Translations under genes and position numbers: made by a program | Shown: positions 39,629 through 49,033 of the stretch, piece after piece | Numbering within the stretch: position 1 is the first letter of the stretch | How the letters are laid out: each line of letters starts with the position of its first letter | IMG/VR virus record: IMGVR_UViG_3300025423_000001 | Location: 1-64,000 of that record | Strand: one strand, 5' to 3' | DNA from: a virus | Length of the DNA: 64,000 nt | Notes under the pieces: generated by a model | Database searches by the model: none | Told to the model about the DNA's origin: nothing | What the model saw: only the letters and a program-made list of their open reading frames with translations

Positions 39629-40848
39629 GCTGGTACGCTTTTGTGTGAGTAATATTTTACCTTCTGGGAATCAAACCCCTCTAAACTCTTCTCCAGCCAT
39701 CTCTCATCGGCTGTGTTCTGTACAACCAGGATGTAGATGATTGCCTTTCCGTTAAGTCCCAGGCGGAGGTTCCTTCCCACTCTTTGGGTGATGGAACGCT
39801 CATTGCTGTCAACCTGAATGACAAGGCTCTGGTCTAAGTCTGTAAAATTTATACCCTCATTCGCCGCGTTCACCACACCAAGTATATCCAGTTCCTTCTT
39901 GTTAAAGGCTGTGTAAGCTTGGCTATTACTCTTGCTATGGTACACGGCTTCCCCCAGTAACTCGTTGGCCTGGTCTATGCTTCCGCAGAATACCAGTGTC
40001 CTCTTGCCATCCCTGATAGCCTTAATGCAACGTGCGGCAAGGTTTGTTTTGGTAGCAGAGTTATAGATAAACCGGTTGCGTGCCATCGTGGCAAACATAG
40101 CCAGGTTGTCAAGCTTAGCTTTCTTAGCTGGTACAGGTTCTCTGGCAGCCAACATGCGCCACTTCTTTATCTGCTTCTCGAGGTACTCGTAGTGCTTGGC
40201 CTCCGTGGTCATGAAAGGCTTGTCCTTCGTACCAGCAAGGATGTTCTTCCGGCTGTCGTCCAGCACGGTTTGTATGACACGAATCTCGTAGTCCCGTATC
40301 ATCCCATCGCTCACACCTTGGTCAAGGCTGTATGTGAAGACGACAGGGGCAATCTGGGCTATGATACGTGCTTTGTCTGGGTCACGCTTCGGGTCTGGGA
40401 CGGTAGCAGTGAGGCCCATCACGGCTTCTGCAAGATTGGCTGCCAAGAAGGTCACGAGGGTATTGACTCCGGTTTCCTTGAAGGCTTGGGCTGAGAGAGA
40501 TGTGAGCCTATGTACCTCATCGAGTATCACCAGCTTGTACTTCTTGCCCATCTCATTCTTGAGGGAAGCAAAGCAGATAGCTTTGACACCATCCCATAGA
40601 GGTTTTACACCCCAAGCTTCAAACTCAGTCGGCCAGTTTTCATCTCGCAACTTTTCAGTAGGCGTGACAATTAGCACAGGCTGCCCCTTACAAGCACAAT
40701 CTTCTAACAGCCTTTTTACCTCCATCACAGCTACCCTGCTCTTGCCAAACCCCGTCCCAGCCACGATACTCCCGACTCTACCAGCAGCGACCCACGCTGC
40801 GTGAGCCTGCTGCTGGATTTCGTCCTTAACTTGGTTTACTGGCTTCAT
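39625..40848 (-). CDS. Superfamily 2 DNA helicase
   Basis: GTGFGKS, DEVH, GLTAT, QRVGR. Confidence 0.85.
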   Translation of the reverse strand: MKPVNQVKDEIQQQAHAAWVAAGRVGSIVAGTGFGKSRVAVMEVKRLLEDCACKGQPVLIVTPTEKLRDENWPTEFEAWGVKPLWDGVKAICFASLKNEMGKKYKLVILDEVHRLTSLSAQAFKETGVNTLVTFLAANLAEAVMGLTATVPDPKRDPDKARIIAQIAPVVFTYSLDQGVSDGMIRDYEIRVIQTVLDDSRKNILAGTKDKPFMTTEAKHYEYLEKQIKKWRMLAAREPVPAKKAKLDNLAMFATMARNRFIYNSATKTNLAARCIKAIRDGKRTLVFCGSIDQANELLGEAVYHSKSNSQAYTAFNKKELDILGVVNAANEGINFTDLDQSLVIQVDSNERSITQRVGRNLRLGLNGKAIIYILVVQNTADERWLEKSLEGFDSQKVKYYSHKSVPA

Positions 40849-41008
40849 TCTTTTGCTGTTTAAGTTCCTGCTTACGTTGTTTGGCTGCAGTGCGGAAATA
40901 AGCGTAATTGTACTCGTCAAAGCCAAATGCCTTACGAGCTTTCCATTCAAGCCAGTGTACGATGAACTGGCTGTCTACCCACCACGGTATGTAACGTTCC
41001 ATCACCAT
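40826..41008 (-). CDS. Small hypothetical protein
   Basis: Fills gap and overlaps both neighbours. Confidence 0.45.
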   Translation of the reverse strand: MVMERYIPWWVDSQFIVHWLEWKARKAFGFDEYNYAYFRTAAKQRKQELKQQKNEASKPS

Positions 41009-41688
41009 CCCTCCATAGGAAATTCGAGGTACACTTGTACCTGGTTCCTGATTTCGTTAGTAATCTGGTTCTGTCTGTCAGTGTTACGTGACAATCTGCC
41101 AAACCATCTCCAGCCGTTACCTGTAGCCTTCACACCGCTGTGAAATGTCTGCCAGTCAAAGTACAGCAGTTTACCACTTGGGGATGAATACTCCTCAAGC
41201 TGGCCTTCAGCTATCAGTTTGTTTACCTCAAGGTGCCACCTGCGGTAGATAAGTTCTCCCTCAGGAATAGCTGGCATGGTACATTGACCAAGGGCAAACT
41301 TTGTGGGACAGATGTCTCCATTCACCAGCCCGAGAATATGTTCAGACTCGTAACGTGGATTATCGTAATCAGGCTGCCCGGCTGTGATGAAATGCTGTCC
41401 CGGTGGGATGGCTGGACGTGGTACGTCGTCATGGTGCCAACCTGGAATGGCTGGGTACCATCCCGGCATCAGCATGTGTACCCGGCTGTCAAACACTGCT
41501 GTTTCCCATCCTTCGGGAAGGGCATCTAAAAAGCAGCGTGTAACAACGCCCCCGTGTTCCTTAGCGTAGGCAACACTAGCGTTGAAAAACATGGGCTCAC
41601 ACTTGATAGTGTCTTGTGAGAAACCGCTGTAGAAAGTTCCAACCTCCTTCACGGAGGATATGAATACTTTGTCTGTTGTTGCTGCCAT
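41002..41688 (-). CDS. Putative 2OG-Fe(II) oxygenase-fold protein
   Basis: GWHHDD (HxD), distal FH, terminal RWFGR. Confidence 0.55.
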   Translation of the reverse strand: MAATTDKVFISSVKEVGTFYSGFSQDTIKCEPMFFNASVAYAKEHGGVVTRCFLDALPEGWETAVFDSRVHMLMPGWYPAIPGWHHDDVPRPAIPPGQHFITAGQPDYDNPRYESEHILGLVNGDICPTKFALGQCTMPAIPEGELIYRRWHLEVNKLIAEGQLEEYSSPSGKLLYFDWQTFHSGVKATGNGWRWFGRLSRNTDRQNQITNEIRNQVQVYLEFPMEGW

Positions 41689-41692
41689 AGCT

Positions 41693-43132
41693 TTAAGGTT
41701 CGATGAATAATGTGTTTCTAGCCCGTGTGCAGGCTACATAAAGTATTCTGTTACGTTCCTCAATGTTGCGGTTGTAGTCGATGTCCCACTTCAGCACAAG
41801 GCAGTTGTCGTACGTTGAGCCTTGGCTCTTGTGGCCAGTCAGGCAGTAGTTGTACTTGACCCATGCAAAGCTTTCAAGTACATTGAAGTACTGTCGCCAT
41901 CTGGCAGCCTTGAACTGGTATGGAGCTTCAAGCGACCATGTGCGCATGTTGTTGAGAAGCCCGGTAAGACGGCTCTTGTCAGACTCGTGTATGATGGGTA
42001 TAGTAGCACTTCTTTCTCTACCATCTGTATACCAGATGCCCTTGGCATAATAGCAGAGGAAGCTGTCAAGCCTCTTGGCTTGTGTTTCGTCATTGTACTC
42101 GACTTTCTTAGAGCCTGTACTAAGGTTGACAACTTCTATCTCTTCGTTGCTGGTAATGATGTTCTTGGCGCTCAGTACGAACGGTGCATCCATTATCAGC
42201 CTCTCACCTTGCATAATGTCAGCCACATGGGCTTCATCACGGTAAATGATGTGCCGGATGATTTCATTGTACTTATCCACCGTTGTATTACGCCAAGCCA
42301 CTACTTTCATGTAGTCTGGGTCATCTTCGAACTCCTTGCAGGCGAAGTATTCTTGCAGCAATGCTGTTTCTTCATCATCTGCATGGCTGATAAGCCTGAT
42401 GCCTTCGCCGTTGTTCAGTAGGTGTTGGCTGGGTGTGAAAGAACCAGATTCATAGTCTGAACGTATGGCTGTGGCAAACTCAAGGATGGGGTTACCATCT
42501 TTCTGCCGCATGGTCTGGCTCAGCTCGGCCACTACAGCTCCCCACTTCTCCGCGTACAGGAAAGGAATGCTATCCTTTTCCTTAACTGGGGGAATTTGGG
42601 CTGGGTCACCAATAAACACTACTTTCAGCCCTTTCTTCATCCATGGCACCATCCTGTCAAACAACTCCTTGGCCAGCATACTTGTCTCATCAAGAAATAG
42701 CACTTCCAAGTCTGCGATAGGCTCTTCACCAGCTTTGAGCTTGTCTGGGATGTAGATACGCTTACCAGTGAGGTGGTCTGTGTTTTCTTTCAGTGCCAAA
42801 GCACTGTGTAGTGTACGGTAATCCACCCCCAGAATACCTTGCCGCTTTAGCACTTTCACAGCCTTATGGGTCGGCGCACACACCCCTATCGGGCCAATCC
42901 TTAACGTTTTCAAGCTGTCCACCAGCTTACCGACGGTGACACTCTTACCAGTGCCGGCAAAGCCCTTCAGCACTGCAAACGGGGCCGGTGTACTACCCGT
43001 GAGGTAAGAGAGTAGCTTGGTGTGTGCTTCTTGCTGGTGCGGGGTTAGTGTGATTTCCGGCACGGCGGGGGCTGGAGTTGAGGAACTTAGCTGGATATTC
43101 CCTGGCTGGATTAAGTCTGTTGTAATGCTCAT
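41693..43132 (-). CDS. dda: Dda/RecD-like SF1B helicase
   Basis: GFAGTGKS, APTHKA, DETSM, GDPAQIPPV, HKSQGSTY, YVACTRA. Confidence 0.9.
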   Translation of the reverse strand: MSITTDLIQPGNIQLSSSTPAPAVPEITLTPHQQEAHTKLLSYLTGSTPAPFAVLKGFAGTGKSVTVGKLVDSLKTLRIGPIGVCAPTHKAVKVLKRQGILGVDYRTLHSALALKENTDHLTGKRIYIPDKLKAGEEPIADLEVLFLDETSMLAKELFDRMVPWMKKGLKVVFIGDPAQIPPVKEKDSIPFLYAEKWGAVVAELSQTMRQKDGNPILEFATAIRSDYESGSFTPSQHLLNNGEGIRLISHADDEETALLQEYFACKEFEDDPDYMKVVAWRNTTVDKYNEIIRHIIYRDEAHVADIMQGERLIMDAPFVLSAKNIITSNEEIEVVNLSTGSKKVEYNDETQAKRLDSFLCYYAKGIWYTDGRERSATIPIIHESDKSRLTGLLNNMRTWSLEAPYQFKAARWRQYFNVLESFAWVKYNYCLTGHKSQGSTYDNCLVLKWDIDYNRNIEERNRILYVACTRARNTLFIEP

Positions 43133-43436
43133 GTAGGAATGCTTTTAAGTCGGATTTACGAATGAAATAAATGCCGGGCTCCATTGGGTGTTCAGCCTCT
43201 TTGTTCTCAAAGTAGCCTTTGGCCCTCACCATCACAGCAAATCCTGTGAGTCTTTTGGCTCTGGCCACGCTACTGTCTGTGCATTCAAGCAAGAATGCAT
43301 AACCTTCTTCAAGTTTGTCTTGACATGCATCACAGGTGTGTTCTTTACCCCTGCCACAGCAACGGCACGACGGGTCTAAGGTTTCTACTTTAATGAACTT
43401 CTGTGTCTTGGGCAGAGTGTGTGTTGAGGTTTCCAT
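42993..43436 (-). CDS. Hypothetical protein with CxxC motifs
   Basis: CRCC..CDAC. Confidence 0.5.
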   Translation of the reverse strand: METSTHTLPKTQKFIKVETLDPSCRCCGRGKEHTCDACQDKLEEGYAFLLECTDSSVARAKRLTGFAVMVRAKGYFENKEAEHPMEPGIYFIRKSDLKAFLHEHYNRLNPAREYPAKFLNSSPRRAGNHTNPAPARSTHQATLLPHG

Positions 43437-43440
43437 TTCG

Positions 43441-44250
43441 TTAAATGTTTAGAGATTTAAGTATAGATGCAACTTGTTCTGAGAGCTCTTCAATAGTACC
43501 ATTATTGTCAATGGTGTAGTCGAACTGGACGTTATCAAGGGCTGTTTCAGATGGATGTTGATTAGCTGGCTGGCCACGGTTAACCCTGATTGTCACACCC
43601 CCAGCATCTTTCACTGCAGTTAATTCATTCAGGAAACGTGTGTCTGTGATAACCCAATTAGGGAAAATCATAAAACCAACTGCTTTATACTGACTCATCA
43701 ACGCATTCACCCAAGTGTTCACATGTAAGCCATTCCTGACAGCATCAGTGCCAAGGCGTTGAAGGAATTCACGGCCTGTCATTGGGCGGTGTACTACTTC
43801 AAACTTGTCAGGCTCAAACACGGATAAACGATACTTTTCAGCGTCTTCTCGTGTGTCAAATGGCTTATAGGTTGAGAGATATTTTCCTTCAAACTTTCCA
43901 GACACAACCTTAAGCCCCCAAGCAAACCATTTAACAGGTAGTTCCATCTTCTTGAACTCGTCTGTATACAAGAACTGCTCGTCCATACCCAGCAGGATAG
44001 CTGCCACCTTGCGCAAAGCTGTGGCCCACTTACGGATTTGCCAATCCGATAACGTCCAGCTACTTGCTGTATCAAAGTCAATTCTTCCCCAACCCTCAAT
44101 ATGGTTGGCCATAACCCAAACTTTCACAGACTGGTGTTTATTTAGTTCCTCAAGCTTGATGTTATGCTTGTGCATCCAAGTATGGTACTGGATAATCTTG
44201 CCCACTGTATCCTTGCCTGAGCCGGCATAGCCCGATAGTGATATTATCAT
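43441..44250 (-). CDS. Deoxynucleoside monophosphate kinase
   Basis: SGYAGSGKDT, REFLQRLGT, ITDTRFLNE, HPSE. Confidence 0.85.
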   Translation of the reverse strand: MIISLSGYAGSGKDTVGKIIQYHTWMHKHNIKLEELNKHQSVKVWVMANHIEGWGRIDFDTASSWTLSDWQIRKWATALRKVAAILLGMDEQFLYTDEFKKMELPVKWFAWGLKVVSGKFEGKYLSTYKPFDTREDAEKYRLSVFEPDKFEVVHRPMTGREFLQRLGTDAVRNGLHVNTWVNALMSQYKAVGFMIFPNWVITDTRFLNELTAVKDAGGVTIRVNRGQPANQHPSETALDNVQFDYTIDNNGTIEELSEQVASILKSLNI

Positions 44251-44428
44251 CTTACATTAGTTTGTGAAGCTTTAGGCTCTGTTCAAGCTTTAGGCTTCTG
44301 TGATTGTAATTTCTTAATAAGCAGCTGCTCCATTTGTAGCTGCCTAAGGCTTTTGCGGTTGTGCATGTTGAACAAAGCAATTACATGCCCGTTCAAGCTT
44401 GAAAGATTGCTTGCCATGGTAATTAAGT

Positions 44429-46603
44429 TTAAGACCAACGGTCTGTAATTGTTGTATCTGTTTTAAGTATGCTTGAAGTGATTATCTCAGCTGCAGCTTC
44501 TTCCATTAGCCTTGATTGGATGGGTGCCCAGGTTTCTGCGTAGTCTTCCCTGGCTGCGGTATCAAGTGAGTCGTGGACTTCCATCTTTAACTGTACAAGA
44601 TTGGACAATTTGTTGTCATGGATATAGTTGTACACTTTAGTCATAGACAGCTTGAGAATATCTCCTGCACTGCCTTGGACTGGGGTGTTTTTACTTGCGC
44701 GTTCAATCTCCCCCAATCCGCCATGGAATTGAGCTCCTTGCAGGTGCGCATCAATAAATCGTATGTAGAATTTATGGTTAGGGAACCAACGTCTACGGTA
44801 GTACGGCTTGATAGTTTGGATGTAGCCTTTCTCGCAGCCAAACCTTCCAAAATAATCCAGCACAGCTTTCAGCTTGGGTAAGGCTGTGAAGTAGTCGTTG
44901 ATTATCTGCATAGCCTCTGGTACCGGTATACGGAGAGTAGATGCCAGCTTAAAATGGCCACCGCCGTAGATAAGCATGAAGTTCACAGTCTTAGTGGCCG
45001 TTCTCATATACTTATGGCGTTTACAGGAGCATTTGTGCTTGGAAATCTTACCATCCTTGTCTGTCTTGTAATAGGCACAATCACGTTCAGCAGCATCCTT
45101 CCATTTCTTTTGAAACACTACCTCGGCTACAGAGCTGTGCAAGTCCTGGCCCTTCTCCAATGCCTCAAGCCAAATAGGCTCTTTGGACAGGAAGGCTACA
45201 ATTACCAATTCTTCACTCACAAAGTCTGTGCTTACCCATTTCCATCCTGCTGGCAGAATGAAAGCATTCTTGTACTTGGTACCCACGGCTTCCTTCTTTG
45301 GCAGTTGTTGAAGATTGGGAGAACTACTACTTGTCCGCCCGGTACTCAGCACTTGCCTGAAGCGTGTGCGCACCTTACCATCCGGCTCCACATATTTGGC
45401 CAACCAAGCTTCACCAAAGGCTGTGATAAGTTTATCTGTATCCTTGTACTCTTCATAGTCAGCCACTATTGGATGGCTCGTCCTGCCAAGGCTTTCAGCT
45501 GACAAGTCTGTCACCTTTTCCACACACTGGATGATGGGGAGCACCTGAGCCACACTGCCCCAGTTGATGGTGGGAGTACCAGCCGGCACAAGCTGTTGGT
45601 TGGCTATTAGGTATTCCCGGTGGTTATCCATCAAGTCTTTTGTCACCTCTGACGTGTCCCCATCCAGGTAATACGGCAGCCAATGCGGCACCGGCTCCTG
45701 GGCTTTAAGCTTGTTACTCTGCCAGCGTTGAAGCACGGCTTTGGACGTACCGGGCAAGTCTGGGTAGATGTCAGCAAACATTTGTGACTTCTGCTTGGGG
45801 GATGCCCAATTGAGCAACAGCCTGTCCTTGGTATGGATGTACCCCAGCTCTAAGGCTTTAGTGTAGAATGGCTCCTGATTGAGCCAATCATTTAGCTTAG
45901 TTTGTGCCGCGGCCACTAAGGGTTCAACCTCAGCTTGCAGGCTCTTCCACCACGGCTGGTCAATTTCCATTCCATGGTACACCATCTCGGCAAAGGCTGG
46001 CACACAGTTGTTCTCCAGCTCTACTACCTTGTCAAAAGTGCCGTATTCCAATCTCACAGCCTGCTCACGGATGGCTTTACGTATGTTGGCCAAGTGTTTC
46101 ACGTCTTGTGCAGCATACACCACCTTCTCAGGCGTGAGTATGTTGTCACCGAACGCTGTCTGCTGGCTCTTGTCAAGTACAATTTGCAGGTAGCGAAAAC
46201 ATACATCGTCAAGGCCATAGCCTACTTCATGCTCGCCTCCCTGCAACACCATCTCTGCCAACATAGTGTCATACACATTCTGAATACGTATACCGTGAAA
46301 TAGCATTACCACACATTCAAACTGGGCATTGTGGATGAGCTTGGTCAAGCGTTTGGCTTCGAGAGCCTGTTTGATAAGCACCTTCTGGCTGTCATTTAGC
46401 CCACTCCATTGAAGTACCCATTCCGTCCCTTGCCAACCAAACTGTACAGTAATGACTTGCTTGTCACACCACCAGTCGGATGGATTGGTTTCGATGTCGA
46501 ATTCTACCTCCAGCAGCTTCACTACCCAATCCACAAAGTCTTTCCAGTTGCCAGGATTATAGCCCGGCTTCCATTCTGTGGGGTTGCCTATCACGTACGT
46601 CAT
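44429..46603 (-). CDS. polA: DNA polymerase family A with 3'-5' exonuclease
   Basis: FDIET, HNAQF, YAAQD exonuclease motifs; TGRTSSSSPNLQQLP; motif A DFVSEEL; motif B RTATKTVNFMLIYG; motif C VHDS. Confidence 0.92.
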   Translation of the reverse strand: MTYVIGNPTEWKPGYNPGNWKDFVDWVVKLLEVEFDIETNPSDWWCDKQVITVQFGWQGTEWVLQWSGLNDSQKVLIKQALEAKRLTKLIHNAQFECVVMLFHGIRIQNVYDTMLAEMVLQGGEHEVGYGLDDVCFRYLQIVLDKSQQTAFGDNILTPEKVVYAAQDVKHLANIRKAIREQAVRLEYGTFDKVVELENNCVPAFAEMVYHGMEIDQPWWKSLQAEVEPLVAAAQTKLNDWLNQEPFYTKALELGYIHTKDRLLLNWASPKQKSQMFADIYPDLPGTSKAVLQRWQSNKLKAQEPVPHWLPYYLDGDTSEVTKDLMDNHREYLIANQQLVPAGTPTINWGSVAQVLPIIQCVEKVTDLSAESLGRTSHPIVADYEEYKDTDKLITAFGEAWLAKYVEPDGKVRTRFRQVLSTGRTSSSSPNLQQLPKKEAVGTKYKNAFILPAGWKWVSTDFVSEELVIVAFLSKEPIWLEALEKGQDLHSSVAEVVFQKKWKDAAERDCAYYKTDKDGKISKHKCSCKRHKYMRTATKTVNFMLIYGGGHFKLASTLRIPVPEAMQIINDYFTALPKLKAVLDYFGRFGCEKGYIQTIKPYYRRRWFPNHKFYIRFIDAHLQGAQFHGGLGEIERASKNTPVQGSAGDILKLSMTKVYNYIHDNKLSNLVQLKMEVHDSLDTAAREDYAETWAPIQSRLMEEAAAEIITSSILKTDTTITDRWS

Positions 46604-47042
46604 ACTCTTCGTGTTCAATCATGAATAATTCAGGCTCAGGTACACTGTCGTACCGCCTGTCCTCGTCTTCTTGGTAGCCCAGCCTGGCCACGACATACAC
46701 ATAGAACCCAAACTCGTCTATGTACCCCTCATCGTCAATCCTCACACGCTGCCTATCTTCAAGCTGTGAGCGCCTCTGCCCTGCGGCTATGGCCCGCTCG
46801 TCTGTCTCTGACAGTATAGGGCTGTGGGATACAATGGTGTAGATGTGTATGTCAGGGTCGGCTGCAAGCTGTTGCTTTAGTTTCTCCGGGTCTGGTACGG
46901 CCTTACGTGTGTAGGCTGCATACCGTACGTTGGACAGCTTACCGTGCATCGGCGTGTACCAGTTCGGCCCTACCAGCGGTGGGGGATTTCTTACCTCCCG
47001 GAGGATTACCTTTTCCCTGTCGGCTGTCATCACTGTTACCAT
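46557..47042 (-). CDS. Hypothetical protein
   Basis: ORF in operon. Confidence 0.55.
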   Translation of the reverse strand: MVTVMTADREKVILREVRNPPPLVGPNWYTPMHGKLSNVRYAAYTRKAVPDPEKLKQQLAADPDIHIYTIVSHSPILSETDERAIAAGQRRSQLEDRQRVRIDDEGYIDEFGFYVYVVARLGYQEDEDRRYDSVPEPELFMIEHEEYDVRDRQPHRMEAGL

Positions 47043-47253
47043 ACAACCTCCCTTTTAAGTAGTTAAGCAATGTCATGGCCACCTTGTAAGGCATGACTTC
47101 CACCAGCCTGTATAGCAGTGTGGCCTTAGCCCTGTCAGTTAGCCCTTCAAATTGGCCTACTACCAGCTCAAAGTCCATGTAGCTTGTATGTACTGCATGT
47201 TCCGTCCCCAGCTGGTCTTGGGGCTCTTTCTTACGTTTCAAAAATCCAAACAT
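46939..47253 (-). CDS. Hypothetical protein
   Basis: ORF in operon. Confidence 0.5.
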   Translation of the reverse strand: MFGFLKRKKEPQDQLGTEHAVHTSYMDFELVVGQFEGLTDRAKATLLYRLVEVMPYKVAMTLLNYLKGRLYGNSDDSRQGKGNPPGGKKSPTAGRAELVHADAR

Positions 47254-47278
47254 CTGTGTCGTTTAATCTGTCAATCAA

Positions 47279-47623
47279 TTACCCCAAGTCTATGTCCTTA
47301 GGCTCGCGGGCAGCGTATATCCTGTCTTGCATTTTGCTTACAGCCCTGTCCTTCTTGGCCTCTGCAACCCGGTGCAGTATGCGCCTTATAAAGCCTGTAG
47401 GCACCAATACCTTTTCCCCAAACTTCATTTCAGGGGCCATGATGTCTGCTACTTGGCGTTTGCGACCCTTAGTAGTCTTACGGTTGTTGGATGGCAAAGT
47501 CTGCTTGATAAGTCTACGCTGTGCGCGGTTGGGGTGCTCATGTGTGTAAGCCAATCCTACAGATGGCTTTAACTCTTTAATCTCCTTGTGGCTCAGTGGC
47601 CTGTTGGTTTGTGTCTTTTCCAT
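47279..47623 (-). CDS. Basic hypothetical protein
   Basis: NRAQRR and NNRKTTKGRK motifs. Confidence 0.55.
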   Translation of the reverse strand: MEKTQTNRPLSHKEIKELKPSVGLAYTHEHPNRAQRRLIKQTLPSNNRKTTKGRKRQVADIMAPEMKFGEKVLVPTGFIRRILHRVAEAKKDRAVSKMQDRIYAAREPKDIDLG

Positions 47624-47996
47624 TTTGCGATTTTAATATCTGGTCTGTCATCAGCCTGTTAGCGTTTTCTTGGGCCCAGTCAATCATCTCCATACTCTCC
47701 ATCACCCAGATGATTGCCTTATGCACAGGACTTAAGTCTGGATACTCGTTGTCAAGCATGTCAGTGATTTCTTTGTAATAGCTTACCGGCAGCCATGGAA
47801 ATCCCCCTGGGCTGAAGTAATCAATCTGCATAAGATGGGCCAGCAATACAGGCTCAAACTCCAAGCGCAAGGCTATTATCTTGTCAGCACAGCTGAGTAC
47901 CACTTCCCTGGGCACCCCGGCTGCCTCAGCTAAGGAGACAGCAGTGTCTCCCACCTCAAGTTTATCCAGCCTGAGGAAATCTTTAAGTTTCTCCAT
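47577..47996 (-). CDS. Hypothetical protein
   Basis: ORF in operon. Confidence 0.55.
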   Translation of the reverse strand: MEKLKDFLRLDKLEVGDTAVSLAEAAGVPREVVLSCADKIIALRLEFEPVLLAHLMQIDYFSPGGFPWLPVSYYKEITDMLDNEYPDLSPVHKAIIWVMESMEMIDWAQENANRLMTDQILKSQNGKDTNQQATEPQGD

Positions 47997-48000
47997 ACAA

Positions 48001-48408
48001 CTATGGTTTGATTATTCGGCTGGAATTAGCCAGTTCTTGCGCCCTCTTGGCAAATGATTTCTGGACAATGTGTACGGCTGCTTCGTAGAAAGAGAACAGG
48101 AAATGGGTGTAGCACCATGCTTTTTGTACGTCCGTAAGCGTGTCACACGCATCAATTTGGCTGGCAAGTGCTTCCCGCACGCTGGTCGGCATGAAATCCA
48201 CCTCGACCTTATCGAGTTGTTCCATAGTAGTAACCTGTGCAAGCTTCTCTTGCAGATTAAGGTCTTCAATGTTCTTGCGGACAAGAGGCTCTACCTCTTT
48301 AGCCATCTGGCTCTTTGTAGCTTCAAAGAGTGAGAGGGCACTAAACACTATCTCAACTTGGCTCTGGCCGTGGATGTTGATAAGTGCAGATACTGGTGTT
48401 GTACTCAT
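48001..48408 (-). CDS. Hypothetical protein
   Basis: ORF in operon. Confidence 0.55.
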   Translation of the reverse strand: MSTTPVSALINIHGQSQVEIVFSALSLFEATKSQMAKEVEPLVRKNIEDLNLQEKLAQVTTMEQLDKVEVDFMPTSVREALASQIDACDTLTDVQKAWCYTHFLFSFYEAAVHIVQKSFAKRAQELANSSRIIKP

Positions 48409-48429
48409 GGTACGTGTTTAAAGTGTGAA

Positions 48430-48457
48430 TAAAGAGCCCGGTGTAGAAACACCAGGC
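48430..48457 (-). terminator. Terminator downstream of tmRNA
   Basis: gcctggtgt-ttct-acaccgggc followed by tcttt on the minus strand. Confidence 0.6.
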
Positions 48458-48487
48458 GAGAAAAACCAAATCAACTGCTTGTGAGAG

Positions 48488-48830
48488 TGGAGGTGGGGGG
48501 AGTCGAACCCCCGTCTTTCCTGCAAAGCCTAATACCGTTCTTACATGCTTAGTACTGCATCACTGCTGCACCGTAATTGGGGCCACACGATTGTGACCGC
48601 TCCACCACCAGCTTTTGAGTGAAACTGGAAACACTGGTTTGTGCCCTGTTGAAGTGCCGGGCTGGCAAGTGATTAGGCTGCGATAGCCTTGTCAGCAGCG
48701 AATGCCATACGGATGATGGCAGCGCCTTCTTGTTGACGTTTGTCGGTTGTTGTTTAGGAGTGGTTTGGCTCTCCCAAGCCTTGCATGTGATACTATTCTG
48801 TTACCTGAAATCAAATCCAAATACACCCCC
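48488..48830 (-). ncRNA. ssrA: tmRNA
   Basis: 5' GGGGGTG pairs with 3' CACCTCC-A giving G3-U70; T arm GGGGGTTCGACTCCCCC; CATGC/GCATG helix; pk1 GGCT/AGCC plus GGAG/CTCC; tag frame ends IAA-stop. Confidence 0.93.
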
Positions 48831-48834
48831 GTAA

Positions 48835-48953
48835 GCAGGACAGCTCCCTGGTTCACTACTAACGTTTAAGTTATCCCGAAGAATAGCAAGCCACCACGCC
48901 CGTTTGTAATGTCCGAGCCAGGAAATCTTGCTCTCGGCCTCCTGCTGCCCTGC
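48835..48953 (-). ncRNA. Candidate structured ncRNA upstream of tmRNA
   Basis: 10-bp closing stem GCAGGGCAGC/GCTGTCCTGC, a cUUCGg hairpin and potential pseudoknots. Confidence 0.45.
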
Positions 48954-49033
48954 CTTGTCCTCGGATAAAGCTCACGCCTACACCGGGGTATCAGACTATC
49001 CCCTAAGGAAACGGTGTTACCCTGTCATCTGGA

